From NCBI GenBank assembly GCA_951406725.2, contig OX597815.1, positions 104,532,001-104,596,000 of the forward strand: a DNA stretch of 64,000 nt, read 5' to 3'. The DNA is from Octopus vulgaris. Lineage: Eukaryota. The position numbers and the translations under genes were made by a program. Under the pieces are notes generated by a model. That model searched no databases. It was not told the origin of the DNA and saw only the letters and a program-made list of their open reading frames with translations. Shown here one piece after another: positions 31,240 through 43,477 of this stretch (its first letter is position 1; the number at the start of each line of letters is the position of its first letter).

Positions 31240-31446
31240 AACGTGATGCATATATGCCATTTGAATATGGCTAACCCAAAAGGGTGGATGCTACTGTAGT
31301 TTGTAGCCCCAGGAAGACACCTCCTCCCGCTGGCTACAGATAGTGTGTCTATAGCCAGCGGGAGGAGGTGTCTTCCTGGGGCTACAGACTACAGTAGCAT
31401 CCACCCTTTTGGGTTAGCCATATTCAAATGGCATATATGCATCCCG

Positions 31447-31448
<2 letters not shown>
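31240..31448. repeat. Near-perfect 209-bp palindrome (fold-back/MITE-like) abutting (TA)n
   Basis: ~103-bp arms with 4 mismatches and a 3-nt loop. Confidence 0.95.
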
Positions 31449-31490
<42 letters not shown>

Positions 31491-31521
31491 ATATGTATGT
31501 ATATATATATACACATATACA

Positions 31522-31556
<35 letters not shown>

Positions 31557-31557
31557 C

Positions 31558-31755
31558 AACATCATCATCATCATTTAACGTCTGTTTTCTGGCATGGGTT
31601 GGATGGTGTGACTGAGGTCTGGAGAGCCAGTGGCTACACCAGGCTCCAATCTTATCTGGCAATATTTCTACAGCTGGATGCCCTTCCTAACGCCAACCAC
31701 TTCAAGAGTGCAGTGGGTGTTTTTTACATGCCACCGGCATGGGAGCCATTCAGGT

Positions 31756-31760
<5 letters not shown>
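31558..31760 (-). mobile_element. SINE family A copy
   Basis: (cat)n-ttaacgtc...ctacagctggatgcccttcctaacgccaaccac. Confidence 0.8.
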
Positions 31761-31786
<26 letters not shown>

Positions 31787-32044
31787 CAAACACGTGTATA
31801 TATATATATATATATATATATACGCACATGTGTATACAAATATATATATTCATATCTTTTATCTTTTTTTATTTACTTGTTTTGGTCATCATGCTGTGGA
31901 CATGTTTGTGGCACTGCTTTGAAGGATTTTAGTCATTGGTCAGCCTAGAGCTATAGCACAATTCACTTGCCCAAGGTGCTGCGCAGTGGGACTGAATCGA
32001 AGGCAGCTTGGCTGCAAAGAGAACTCTTGGACGAGTCATCCATT

Positions 32045-32645
32045 ACCTTATTTCAAATCACCAGCTGAGCATACATGTGGAGACAGCCAAAAGAAACATT
32101 TAACCCACACTGCCTTCTTCCAACTGTTAAACATGGAGGAAGATCTGTGATGATCTGCGGGGTGGGGGGCTATATCTTGGAAATCCACCAGCCCAATGGT
32201 TTCCCTTCATGGCAGAATTAATAGCCAAGACTATTTAAGCATTTTATCAGATCAAATTCATCCTATGGCTGCAGAACTGTTTCCGGAGGGAAACACAATC
32301 TTTCAGGATGATAATGCACCAATTCACACAGCTAAAGTTACATGAGGAACATTCTAGTGAAGCTGAACATCTTATCTGGCCACCACAGTCCCCAGATTTC
32401 AATATAATTGAGTGCATTTTAGAAAAAACAAGTAAGGAGTTAATATCCTCTACCATCATCACTACAAGAACTGGAGACTGTTTTAGCTGAAGAACGGACA
32501 AAAATTCCTTTGGAAACAATTCAAACTTTGTATGAGTCCATACCTCATAGAATTCAAGCTGTAATTACTGCCAAAAGTGGTCCTACCCTATATTAAAATA
32601 AATTTGTTTGAAATTTTAAGGTGTTTCCATTATTTTGTCCACCCC

Positions 32646-32648
<3 letters not shown>
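32045..32648 (+). mobile_element. Tc1 (DD34E-type) transposase 3' remnant with right TIR
   Basis: PTVKHGGRSVMI, IFQDDNAPIHTAK and HLIWPPQSPDFNIIE motifs; TIR ggtgtttccattattttgtccaccccctg. Confidence 0.92.
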
Positions 32649-32682
<34 letters not shown>

Positions 32683-32683
<1 letters not shown>

Positions 32684-33864
32684 TAGCATTAAAGACCCGT
32701 CGTTGCCGGGTCATAGTGCTAGTGCATGTATATATGTGTATATATATGTGTACATATTACATGTACATCTATATATATACATCTACACATAAAATACAAA
32801 ATACAAAGTTATACCTTGATATCGCTAGTGATAACAATACTCAAAATATATAACAGACTGGAATTGTTAGCCCGTCTCTTGTAATTTCAATCAATTGTAT
32901 CTTCCTCCCTCTTGTATAGAAGTGTGGCTACAATCCAGCCTACCTCTACTTCTGTGGAATGGGGGGGGGGGGCATTAAAAATTTTTTTCCGGGATGTCCT
33001 ACGTCCCAGATATAAAGGTAAAAATAAAATATTTCCACTTTGCAAGTTCGAGTCGAGTACTCCCTTGCATGCTTCGTTGACTCAAACCTTGCTTCTATTG
33101 TGGCGAATTTACCACCTCTGATTAGATACTTTTCATAGTTGCACCAAGACACTTTTCGAAGGTGCTTTCCTCTATGTGTTCAAATCTTCTTTTTTCTCTA
33201 CATAGTATACTTTATAGACAATAGTCTTTTCTTTAATTTAATTTTTTATTATCCATCTGAACTATTCCATTTCTGCACGCTAATTTTATTCTTAATTTAT
33301 TCCCATTCATGTGAAACCACTTATTTAATCATTGATGCAATTTTATACCAATTGCTATTTTTACTTTTGTTATGTTTCGATTATAATATACTTTAGTTTG
33401 ATTTTAATTATTACTTACTACATATAATTCAATTGTTATTACTATTTTTATTGTTAATGTGAAAGTATCTGACATAAAATAGAGAAATGTTTTTGTTCCA
33501 CTTTTAACACGTAATACTGAAATAGGGGAGAAGATATGATATTGCTATGGGCTCGCTCTAGGCAAGAAGTTGAACATTTTTTTTGCCCATGAAACTACAT
33601 GGACCCTGAGTAAGGCATGTGTAAAATTTGAATGGAATTGGTCGTGTAGTTCTGAAGTTTTAGGGAATCGTAGTGGAGAAGATATGATATTGCTGTGGGC
33701 TCGCCCTAGGCAAAGAGTTCAAAATATTTTTGCCGCTGACACTCCCTGGACCCTAAGTAAGGCATGTGTAAAATTTGAATGAAATTGGTTGTGTAGTTCT
33801 CAAGTTTTAGGGAAACACACTGACAGACAGACGGACACACATTCTCAGTTTTATATATATAAAG

Positions 33865-33865
<1 letters not shown>
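32683..33865 (-). mobile_element. Non-autonomous Helitron
   Basis: Minus strand begins A|TCtttatatatataaa...gtccgtctgtctgtc and ends with hairpin gacccg-7nt-cgggtc then CTAG|T. Internal ~150-bp direct repeat (33525-33665 / 33675-33812). Confidence 0.85.
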
Positions 33866-33954
<89 letters not shown>

Positions 33955-34603
33955 ATAGATAGACAGATAGATAGATAGATAGGTGACAGATGGATAAATA
34001 GATACATATATAAACAGACACACACACAGATGTGTGTGCATGCGTGCTCGTGTAGCAATGAACATTTGTGGGTTTCCACTAAAATTAAAATTGGTTATGT
34101 TTATGCATTAATTGTATGATAAGACCAAAATATCATTGACCTCAAAGGACTTGTAGCATTGTAATTCCTGTCAGGCCGGCATGGATCTCATCATTGATTT
34201 GAGTGTATTGAAAATAATGAATCATTAATAGATTTTTCGAAAAAAGCCAATGGTTCACTTCCTTTCAGTGTGTGGCCACCAAAATGGAATATCTGAATGG
34301 AATACATTGAATCAATAGTGTATTTGCCTAAACCAAATATTCATTTCATTTTATTTGAGGGTTTCTATGTTTTTGTTATCAGCTGTTCACTCTGATCTAA
34401 AATGATTTTCTAAAGCCAAATCATAAATAGAAAACTGACAGGACCAAAGATAAAAATTATAGAAAAAAGTTCTTTCTATATGAAGCTCTAACAAATAGTT
34501 ATTACAAAAATAAAGATTTTGTGTTTGTTTTTGTTTTCTGTTCATGGCTACATCAAGGCACCAACAGCAGCAGCTAAGCAGCAATAATAATAACAATGAT
34601 AAT

Positions 34604-34673
<70 letters not shown>

Positions 34674-36435
34674 GGCATTTGTAATTTGCTTGAAAGAACC
34701 CTGTCCTAAACAGAAATTCCAATATATAAACTTGCAGGATAGAAATACTTCCAAGTAATGCACATTGTTTGTAATCATGGATAGTTTTAGCAACAAATAT
34801 CTGCTAGAATTAAATTTTGGGGTTCCATACAAAATATAGCTGCATGAGTTCTTTTTTCTAATTTCTTTGCCTGGCAGATATACAAAGTTGTATTGTTTGT
34901 TTTTCCATCTTATTTCAAGTCATGTCTGTTTAGTTGATCAAAATATGACTTGTCAGATCCCAAATTGCTAAATTCTTTTATATCTAAACATGTGCTCTAT
35001 TCACACATTCCTGGCAGCTCAATCCAAATTCAAGTTAAAATTAGATGTCAATATTTAACCAACAACTGAAAGTCTATAGGATATGTTAATTTAGAATCAT
35101 TTAAATGTAAGCCAAACAAAAAAAAAAAGAAAAAAGAAAAGAAAAAGAAAATTTATCAATATAAAAAATTGATGATGGTAATGATGATGATGATATATTT
35201 CAGAACCACTTTCTCAATTTATCATTTTCTTTATTATCTTTCCTTTTCTAAATTATTTCCCCCCTGTTAGCTTGGTTGTAAAAGTATTTGTAAATTTGGA
35301 TAGTTTGATATTGAAGCAATTGCTTTTTACAGCTGGATTCTTCTAATATCTGTACTCCCTGATACAGAAGAACTGAAATACTCTGAGGTTGTATAACCAA
35401 TGGTCAGCTTTGTTAGAGACCTAGGGTACTAAGTGCAATCTTCAGATCTGTTATTACTGATATATTCTGCCTTCACCTAGCTGAGGACTCCTAATGCTTG
35501 CTCTGACATGCAGTGGTTAATCATATGGGGTCTACATCAGTCTACATCTGTATGTCTGCAGATACTTGTGATGACCACAGTATAGACAAGCAGCAAGACC
35601 TCAAACATAGCATGTGTTTATCTAAAGAATCTGATGCTAGCTAATGAAGATTACATAATTTACTATAGGGTATGTTAGAACATCTATGTCCTCACTTACT
35701 CAATTATTTTTAAGCAAGTATAGCAATGTTTCTTTATAATGAATTCATTCATATATTGTATTGCATGTTTACTTAATCAGAGTTAACCTAGGTTAAACAA
35801 CAACAACATCTCAATTTTCACAGGTTAAAAACAATAACCACAAAGTATATTTATAAATTGAAGTTAAATCAAAAGAAGGTATTTAACTATTACATCCTGC
35901 AATCTGGAGCTCCAATATTATCCCAACTATATCTTTCATAAGATAACCCATCCATACTGGTCTGAGAGGATCAGAGCCTCTCCTCAACTCCAGTAATTTA
36001 CTTTGACTACAATCTAGGCCTCTTGTGTTCAGACATAAGAACCTTTGGCTGGATCTTAGTCACCCGCATCTTATAGGTATGATTTTCACCAATAGCCTGC
36101 CATTCTAGAATTCTATGTATCTATCCCTTACTGCCTCTCCTATAAGCACATTATTCTTTCAATTCATTTTTATTTCTTCCTTAGCATATCAAGTAAGTTA
36201 TCATTTTTCTTTCAGATCATCATAAATTTTAGCCACACCATGGAAGTGAGTGTTCCTTTCTGAGGTTCTTCCAGGCTTTATTTGCTCATTGTTTAGACCC
36301 ACTTTTTCTGTTTCTTTTCTCAATAGTTTTCCTGTCCTTCAATCTCCATCCTCTTCACATAACTGCACGAGGTTGGATTGATATTGTTTCTAATGACTTT
36401 TGACAAGATATATATAATATATAACTTTTGGCAGG

Positions 36436-36466
<31 letters not shown>

Positions 36467-36529
36467 CATGCACATGGCCCAGTAGTTAGGGTGTTACACT
36501 CATGATCGCTGAATTGTGGATTCAATTGA

Positions 36530-37999
36530 TGGACCATGCAGTGTGAACACACTTGATGGCAGCACTCCTGACCAGGATCAGGTCCAGTTGGTGCCAATGC
36601 TTTGAGCATGGATGTCTCCAAGACACTTTGTGTTGGGGTTTGGCCTTGAAGAAGGACTTGGTCATGAAAGGTGCAGAGCTCAAGCAGTTGCTGTCCATTG
36701 TCGTTCGATTCCACACCCCGAATGGACCGAGGCAAAAGGGCCATGAGTTGTTGCCAGCACCCACTCTGGCATTGAGGTCACTCAGGAGAATAAGTTTTTC
36801 GCTAATGAAGATGCTCTTGATAGTGAATGCAAGGTTCTCGTAGAACTTATCCTTGGCATTTGGGGCAGCGGACATTGTCAGGGCATACACACTGATGAGG
36901 GTGACAGGGCCTTCGATAGTGTTCAAGTGGAGAGTTAGGAGCTGCTCAGAGCTGCCAATGCCTGGTTCTACCATCCTCAGCAAGCTGTTCTTTATTACAA
37001 AGCCTACTCCATGTTCTCTGGGTTCATTGGAGCTCTTCCTTTTCCAGAGGAATGTGTAGTCCCTCTTCCGTCAACGTGCCTGCATTGGCTAACCGTATTT
37101 CCTGCAGAGCAGTGATATCAACGTTCAGTCTCTTGAGCTCATTTTTGATGACTGCTGTTTTCCTACTGTTACTGATGTCTTGAAGGTCCTGGGAGAGGCC
37201 AGGCATCATTGTCCGGACATTCCGACATACCAGTTCTAGAGCTGATCAATTTTTGATAGCTTTTCTATTTTTGCCTGGTGCGGTAGTTAACGATCTGCTT
37301 GTTGGATGTTCTCTTAATCTCCATGCACCCAACAAGGAAACAAACCATGACAGGACAACACCTTACTGGCTGGGGTCTGCCTAACTTGAGGCAGATGGTA
37401 GCTGTCCAATGAGACTCGAAGATCTCTCCCACCATCAGAAGCAACCCCTAGTGCCGCACTCTATGCCAATTGAGTTAAAGCTTATAACCAGTGTCTGCTG
37501 CTTCCCAGGTTGTGTCGACACCAAATAGATAGTGAAGCTGGAGTGTCCTCTCCAGGTGTACATGTTTAATGATGGCGTGGATGGATGTGAGCCTGGGCAA
37601 TGTAGTATGGAGAACTGGTTGTTGCCAATGCAACTTGTTCCTCCCCTCCTCCTCCCTGATGAATCCAAAGGAACAGCGGGCTGCTACAGTTTGGTGGCAA
37701 TGTTGTCACAGGAGCTGCCAGGATGAAGTTGAAGTCAACATCGAGCTGCCTTAGGGGCTGCAACTCCTGATTTTTCCTCGAGGTTTACTCCTGAAGCTTT
37801 CCCTGTGATCAAGTATTCCGCAAAACAGCAGAGGTTTGAAATCAGGGTTTCCCTTCCCCCAGGTGGGCTGCCCTCCTGGGCTGACGAGCTCCACCTCACT
37901 AAGCAGGCCTGGTGGTTTTGCCAGTTTAGTCACCGACGACCCAACAATGGAACAGGTTGTATTGGACTGCATGGTACCAGTAGCACTCAAGAGCGACCT

Positions 38000-38002
<3 letters not shown>
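36530..38002 (-). mobile_element. RTE-clade LINE 5' portion (5' UTR plus AP endonuclease), frameshifted
   Basis: RNVRTM...ELKRLNVDITALQEIRL, VTLISVYALT...KDKFYENL...LLSDLNARVG, VSWRHPCSKHWHQLDLILVR. Confidence 0.92.
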
Positions 38003-38033
<31 letters not shown>

Positions 38034-38058
38034 AGGTCGCTCTTGAGTGCTACTGGTA

Positions 38059-38062
<4 letters not shown>
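37971..38062. repeat. Perfect 92-bp palindrome: 32-bp arms around (AT)14
   Basis: atggtaccagtagcactcaagagcgacctgac-(at)14-gtcaggtcgctcttgagtgctactggtaccat. Confidence 0.97.
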
Positions 38063-38097
<35 letters not shown>

Positions 38098-38126
38098 AAC
38101 ATAGCTAGATTGATAGATAGATAAAT

Positions 38127-38170
<44 letters not shown>

Positions 38171-38209
38171 GCACACACATATCCATATACATATACATAT
38201 CTTTCCTTT

Positions 38210-38610
38210 TTCATCTTTCACTAGTTTCAGTCATTTGACTGTGGCCATGCTGGGGCACTGCCTTGAAATTTCAGTTGAATGTATCAGTCCTAGTACTTAT
38301 TCATTTCAAAGCCTGGCACTCATTCTATTGGTGTCTTTTGCTGAACCACTACATTACAGGGACATAAACACACCAACCTGGTTGTCAAGCAGTGGTAGGG
38401 GGTCAAACACAAACACAAGGACACACATGCATAGATATATATACATATATACAACAGGCATCTTTTAGTTTCTGTCTGCCAAATTTACTCACAAAGCTTT
38501 GATTGGCTGAGGTATAGTTAAAAATACTTGCACAAGATGTTACACAGTGGGACTGAACACTGAACCATGTGGTTGGGAAGCAAGCTTCTTACCACATAGC
38601 AATGCCTGCT

Positions 38611-38612
<2 letters not shown>
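38210..38612 (-). mobile_element. tRNA-headed SINE family B copy
   Basis: Minus-strand head gctatgtggtaagaagcttgcttcccaaccacatggttcagtgttcagtccc and tail cagtcaaatgactgaaac. Confidence 0.8.
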
Positions 38613-38657
<45 letters not shown>

Positions 38658-38898
38658 GAACTTGCTACCAAAGAAAAGTGCGCTTGACAGCAGGAAAAAC
38701 CATTAGTGCTGGCAGAGAGCTCCTTCAAATAGAGTCACTGTTTATGTGACTGTCACTGCCACACCCATATGGGCCTATACAGCTGCAACAGATTCTGCAT
38801 CACCATCAGCTGCTGATAAAATTTCTTCTGGTGCCAATCCATCATGGCCTCTTGAAACTGATGGATGCCTACTATATATATATATATATATGTGTGTG

Positions 38899-39200
38899 TG
38901 GAGGCACAATTGCCCAGTGGTTAGGGCAGCGGTCTCGCGGTCGTAGGATCACAGTTTCGATTCCCAGACCGGGCATTGCGAGTGTTTATTGAGTTGCAGA
39001 CACCTAAAGCTCCACGAAGCTCTGGCAGGTGGTGGTGGTGGAGATCCCTGCAGTACTCTTTCACCATAACTTTCTCTCATTCTTTCTTCCATTGGCCTGC
39101 TCGCTTAGCCAGTGGGGTGGCGTCATTTGAAGGCTAAAACAATGTGAAGCGCATTGTGACCAGCGATGTGTAGCAACATCTGATAGCCTGGTCGGTCATG

Positions 39201-39205
<5 letters not shown>
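38899..39205 (+). mobile_element. tRNA-derived SINE family E, fairly young
   Basis: A box tgcccagtgg, B box gtttcgattcc, CpG retained; 3' part recurs inverted at 58405-58512. Confidence 0.8.
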
Positions 39206-39234
<29 letters not shown>

Positions 39235-39237
<3 letters not shown>

Positions 39238-40024
39238 TGTGCGGTGAATAAATTGTCATCTAAATTAAAATAATACTGACATCTCATTTTAACTTCAACC
39301 ATGGCCTCCAGATGACTTCAGAATCTCGTGCAACTCTTCTGGGTGGTCTCCTTGGTGAATGTTGCCATAACCTTTGCCTTCAGTTCATCTTTGGTGTTAC
39401 AAGTTTTCTTGGTCTCTCACTCAACTTTGCCCCACATATAATAATCAAAGGGGTTGCAGTCTGGGGAGTTAGGTGACCAGATGTTAGGGGTGATGTGGTT
39501 ACAGAAATTGTCTGACAGCCATGACTGGGTCTTCTTGCTTGTGTGACATGGTGCAGAGTCCTGTTGCTAGACATAGAATCTTCCAGCAGCTACCCACTTA
39601 ACCCAGGGCAGCACTATCTCCTCCAGGCACTTAATGTAAGCTTCATGTTGAGCCTGAGGCTGTGTGGGAAGATGAATGGAGGCATAATATTGCAATCACT
39701 AGTGATCACTCCAAACACCTTGATGTTGACTGGATGTTTGATTTTTATCACTCTCGGTACATGTTCTCAGATTGCATGGTCCTCAGATTGACATCCAAAC
39801 ACTTTGAAATGTTCATATTGGAGCTTCTGGCATGAATGCCAAGCTGTACAGCATGTCGTTTCCAAATTTCTTGCAGAGTGAATTGTGTCATGGTGCTGTT
39901 TTTCTCACAGATGGTGCCCAACCTACCCTACTAAACTGTGTAGCTGACAAAATCAGAAACAAACAATGTGCATATGTGAAATTAAAAAAATATAAAATGG
40001 CTACAGTTTACCCATCACACCCTA
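39235..40024 (-). mobile_element. Internally deleted DD37D (maT-like) Tc1/mariner element
   Basis: QQD-SAPCHTSKKTQSWLSDNFCNHITPNIWSPNSPDCNPF-DYYMWG has 37 residues between the Asps; imperfect TIRs at both ends with TA flanks. Confidence 0.85.
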
Positions 40025-40039
40025 TATGTATATATATAT

Positions 40040-40414
40040 ATAGAGGGCTGATCTTTAACTGTGGAGGGAACCTGTGGAAGAGGTAGAACCAGGAAGGCAT
40101 TGAACGAGGTGATGAAGCATGATCTTCGAACGTTGGGCCTCACAGAGGCAATGTGGCCGATGCTTTTGTCACATAACTGGTATCCATGCCAGTGGCACAT
40201 TAAATGCACCTTTTAGGCACTAAGCCCCATGGAAGCAATGGAAATGACCAAAACCTTTGGTAATATTCTGTGCTTGAGAAGAAAACCTATCAAGCCATAA
40301 AAACCATGCCAAATAAGACTGGAATATGGTGCAGCCCTCAGCTTACCAGCCCTGGTCAAACTATCCAACACATGCCAGCATGAACAATGGGCATTAAGTG
40401 ATGATGATGATGAT
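40040..40414 (+). mobile_element. RTE 3' fragment joined to a family A (GAT)n tail
   Basis: LTVEGTCGRGRTRKALNEVMKHDLRTLGLTEAM is homologous to 57115-57215; followed by ccatgccagcatg...(gat)n. Confidence 0.7.
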
Positions 40415-41820
40415 ATATATATATATATTAAACAAAAATGGATTTAGAGAAATAAATCAGAATGGTCAGTGACATGAATTAGGATAATAAAGACAAATAT
40501 TCTTTTATTCTTTTAAAATATCAGTTGATGAACAGTAGCCATGTTAGGGCACGCAGGTAATTGTTTAGTCAATCTCATCTTCTCCAGTGTCTACTGTATT
40601 GATCTATATTTGTGAAATCACTAAGTTATGTTTTATTGACACAATACTATGTGTGTGTCAGCATGGCCGCAGTCAAATGACTGAAACAAGTAAATGAACA
40701 AAAGAATAAAAGTATGTGCATGTGTATATGCATGTGTATGTGTGTGTTTGTATGCATGTGTGTGTGTGTGTGTGTGTGTAAATAAAATCAAACTAAATAC
40801 AAATCAAATAAGAAAATACAAAGAGAAAATAAAAACAGGTGTATATTGTCATTGTTTTAGTATTCACAGCACACCTTTTGTTGCATTATTTCAATATTCA
40901 CTACACACAATTTTGCTTTATTCCAATGCACACACTGCATGCCTATTGTCACATTAAAAAACAAATAAAGACAATCACCTTCATCGGTTTTTTTTATCAT
41001 CATCACCATCATAATTATAATAGTTGTTATTACTATTATTATAACTAACAACAGCAGTTATAAGATCAGCAACAGCAACAACGAAATGCTTCTAGGCCAA
41101 ACAATTTCTCAATGATATTAAAACAAATAACAAAAGAAAAAACAAAAACAAATCTTCCACTCTGCCACCATCCCACCCTCACCACCACAACTACTTCTAC
41201 CCGCAAAATACCATTCCAATGTAACTGCTGTTGGATATTTTACAAGACAGAAATGCAGTCATGGAATATATAGATCTGAACAAATCATTAAAGGTTTAAC
41301 AAAATCAATTGAGATCTACTTATATTGAAAGGACAAAATGCAGGTGCTCTAGTTAGCCACTTTGTAATTTTTTTTATCAGAAGCCTGTCAACATTTTCAT
41401 ATATTGTCATTTCTTATTTGGTGAGAAATATTTGAATAACAGCTGTAAATATTATCAAGAACCTAACACCTTCAGGCTACTCCATATCTCATTACTGAAG
41501 TTATTGTATAATCGCACATTATCAGAATACAGTAATAAAAGTAAATCAGAAGAAATTAGAAAAATTGTTATTAATATTTGCAGTATTTGCATGGTTTAGG
41601 TTGAGTTATTATTTTTTTAAACCCCAAGTTAGCCTTGACTGAGCAGAGCTATGATCAAAGGTATTTTAGTCCTTCTAGTCCTGCCCATCTTTGACTACTA
41701 GTTCAGAGACAGTAGGGTGTAATTTAAGAGAAATTTGGCTGTTTTTTCTAGCTAAGCAAGCAATCTGCTTCAACTGAATTTAAAAGAATACATTTGTTGT
41801 GTGTTATTAATTTTTGTTGT

Positions 41821-41885
<65 letters not shown>

Positions 41886-42700
41886 TTGGCTATGTCATTA
41901 TTTTTATCTACCTTTCTATATTTTCTATTTACCTGCATGTCTCATAAATGCATAGCAGCATGATTTTTGCATAGATATATATTTATGCAAGCCTCTTATA
42001 ATGTGAAGATGATAATAAGAATATAATAATTAGAATAGTGATATTAATATTAATAATAGCACCACTGATGGTAATGCCAATAAATTATTGAAATGCTGAG
42101 TATTTTTCATACAGAATATTCTTTTTCAAAGAAGAAAATTAGTGGGAGGAGATAGGGCCATTGTTCTTCCATATCATTCTGAATTGAAATTAAAAAGATA
42201 GAAATTAAGAATAATGTTATTTTGATATTTGATGAAGTATCTGTGTGGGGATGTGTTTGTATGTGTGTGTGTATACGTATGTGTATGTGTGTATGTGTGT
42301 GTGTGTCCACATTCTTTGATATCTGATGCGTTTCATGAGTATTCCATGTCTGTTGTATTTGATAGCTAATTATATTTAACATTGACTAATATTTAAATTC
42401 TAATGCTAATATTTCTGTTTACATGCAAATACATCAAAATAAAGCAATTAAATATCCAGTTTAGACAATTAGTTTTAGTTTTATAGTAATATATTTTAGT
42501 TTCAAGTTTTTGTTATAGATAAATTTAAATTAAAAACACATTTTTTCTAGCTCAATCAAAGTGTGTTTATTCCTATTTATTCTTGGTGTTATTTTAGTTG
42601 TTATATTCATTGAAACTGGTTTCAAACTAAAACATAAATTTAACAAACAATCGATTAATCCTAGTTTCCTTTTGAAATCATATATATGCTTGTATTTGTA

Positions 42701-42829
<129 letters not shown>

Positions 42830-43029
42830 AATATACTATGACAGAAATCTACATGTTAAACAGAAATAATGATCTGATGTCAGAAAAAGTTTGAAGTAAT
42901 TTGAGTTTTTTTGTCTTTTTGTCTTTTTTTTTCTTCAACTATTAATTACATTTCTGCAATCTATTACAACAACAACAACAATGACAAAAATGTAATTAAT
43001 GAAGTAGGAAAAAAATGTGCAAAGTGAAT

Positions 43030-43216
43030 GTGTTGAATGAAGAAAATTTTAATATGAAAAAAGTGAAATATAATGAATGAAAAAATATTATGGTAAGTGG
43101 AAATATTGAAAGTAGAAATGTTGAAAAGTGTAGATATTAAAAGTGGAATATTGAAAATGGAAACTTTGAAAGTGGAAATTTGTAAGGTGAATATTTTAAA
43201 AATGAAAATATTGATG
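43030..43216. repeat. Degenerate ~15-bp minisatellite (aaagtggaaatattg)n
   Basis: Roughly ten imperfect units read directly. Confidence 0.8.
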
Positions 43217-43387
43217 CTGAGTTTACTATTTTAAAATCAGTCTAAACATATGGAAATGAAATGAAATGTAATGTAGAAATGTTTGATTCTGGAAGCAAGG
43301 CCCGTCTTTAAATGTTTTTATTTGTCCATATGCATGTGTGCCTGTATGTGTGTGTGTCTATGTGTATATATATCTACATAAACATAC

Positions 43388-43477
<90 letters not shown>

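Noticed and set aside
38899-38975. tRNA gene (also heads at ~36470 and ~54445)
   Set aside because: A and B boxes are present but there is no complete cloverleaf, and it runs into a repeat body; SINE head.
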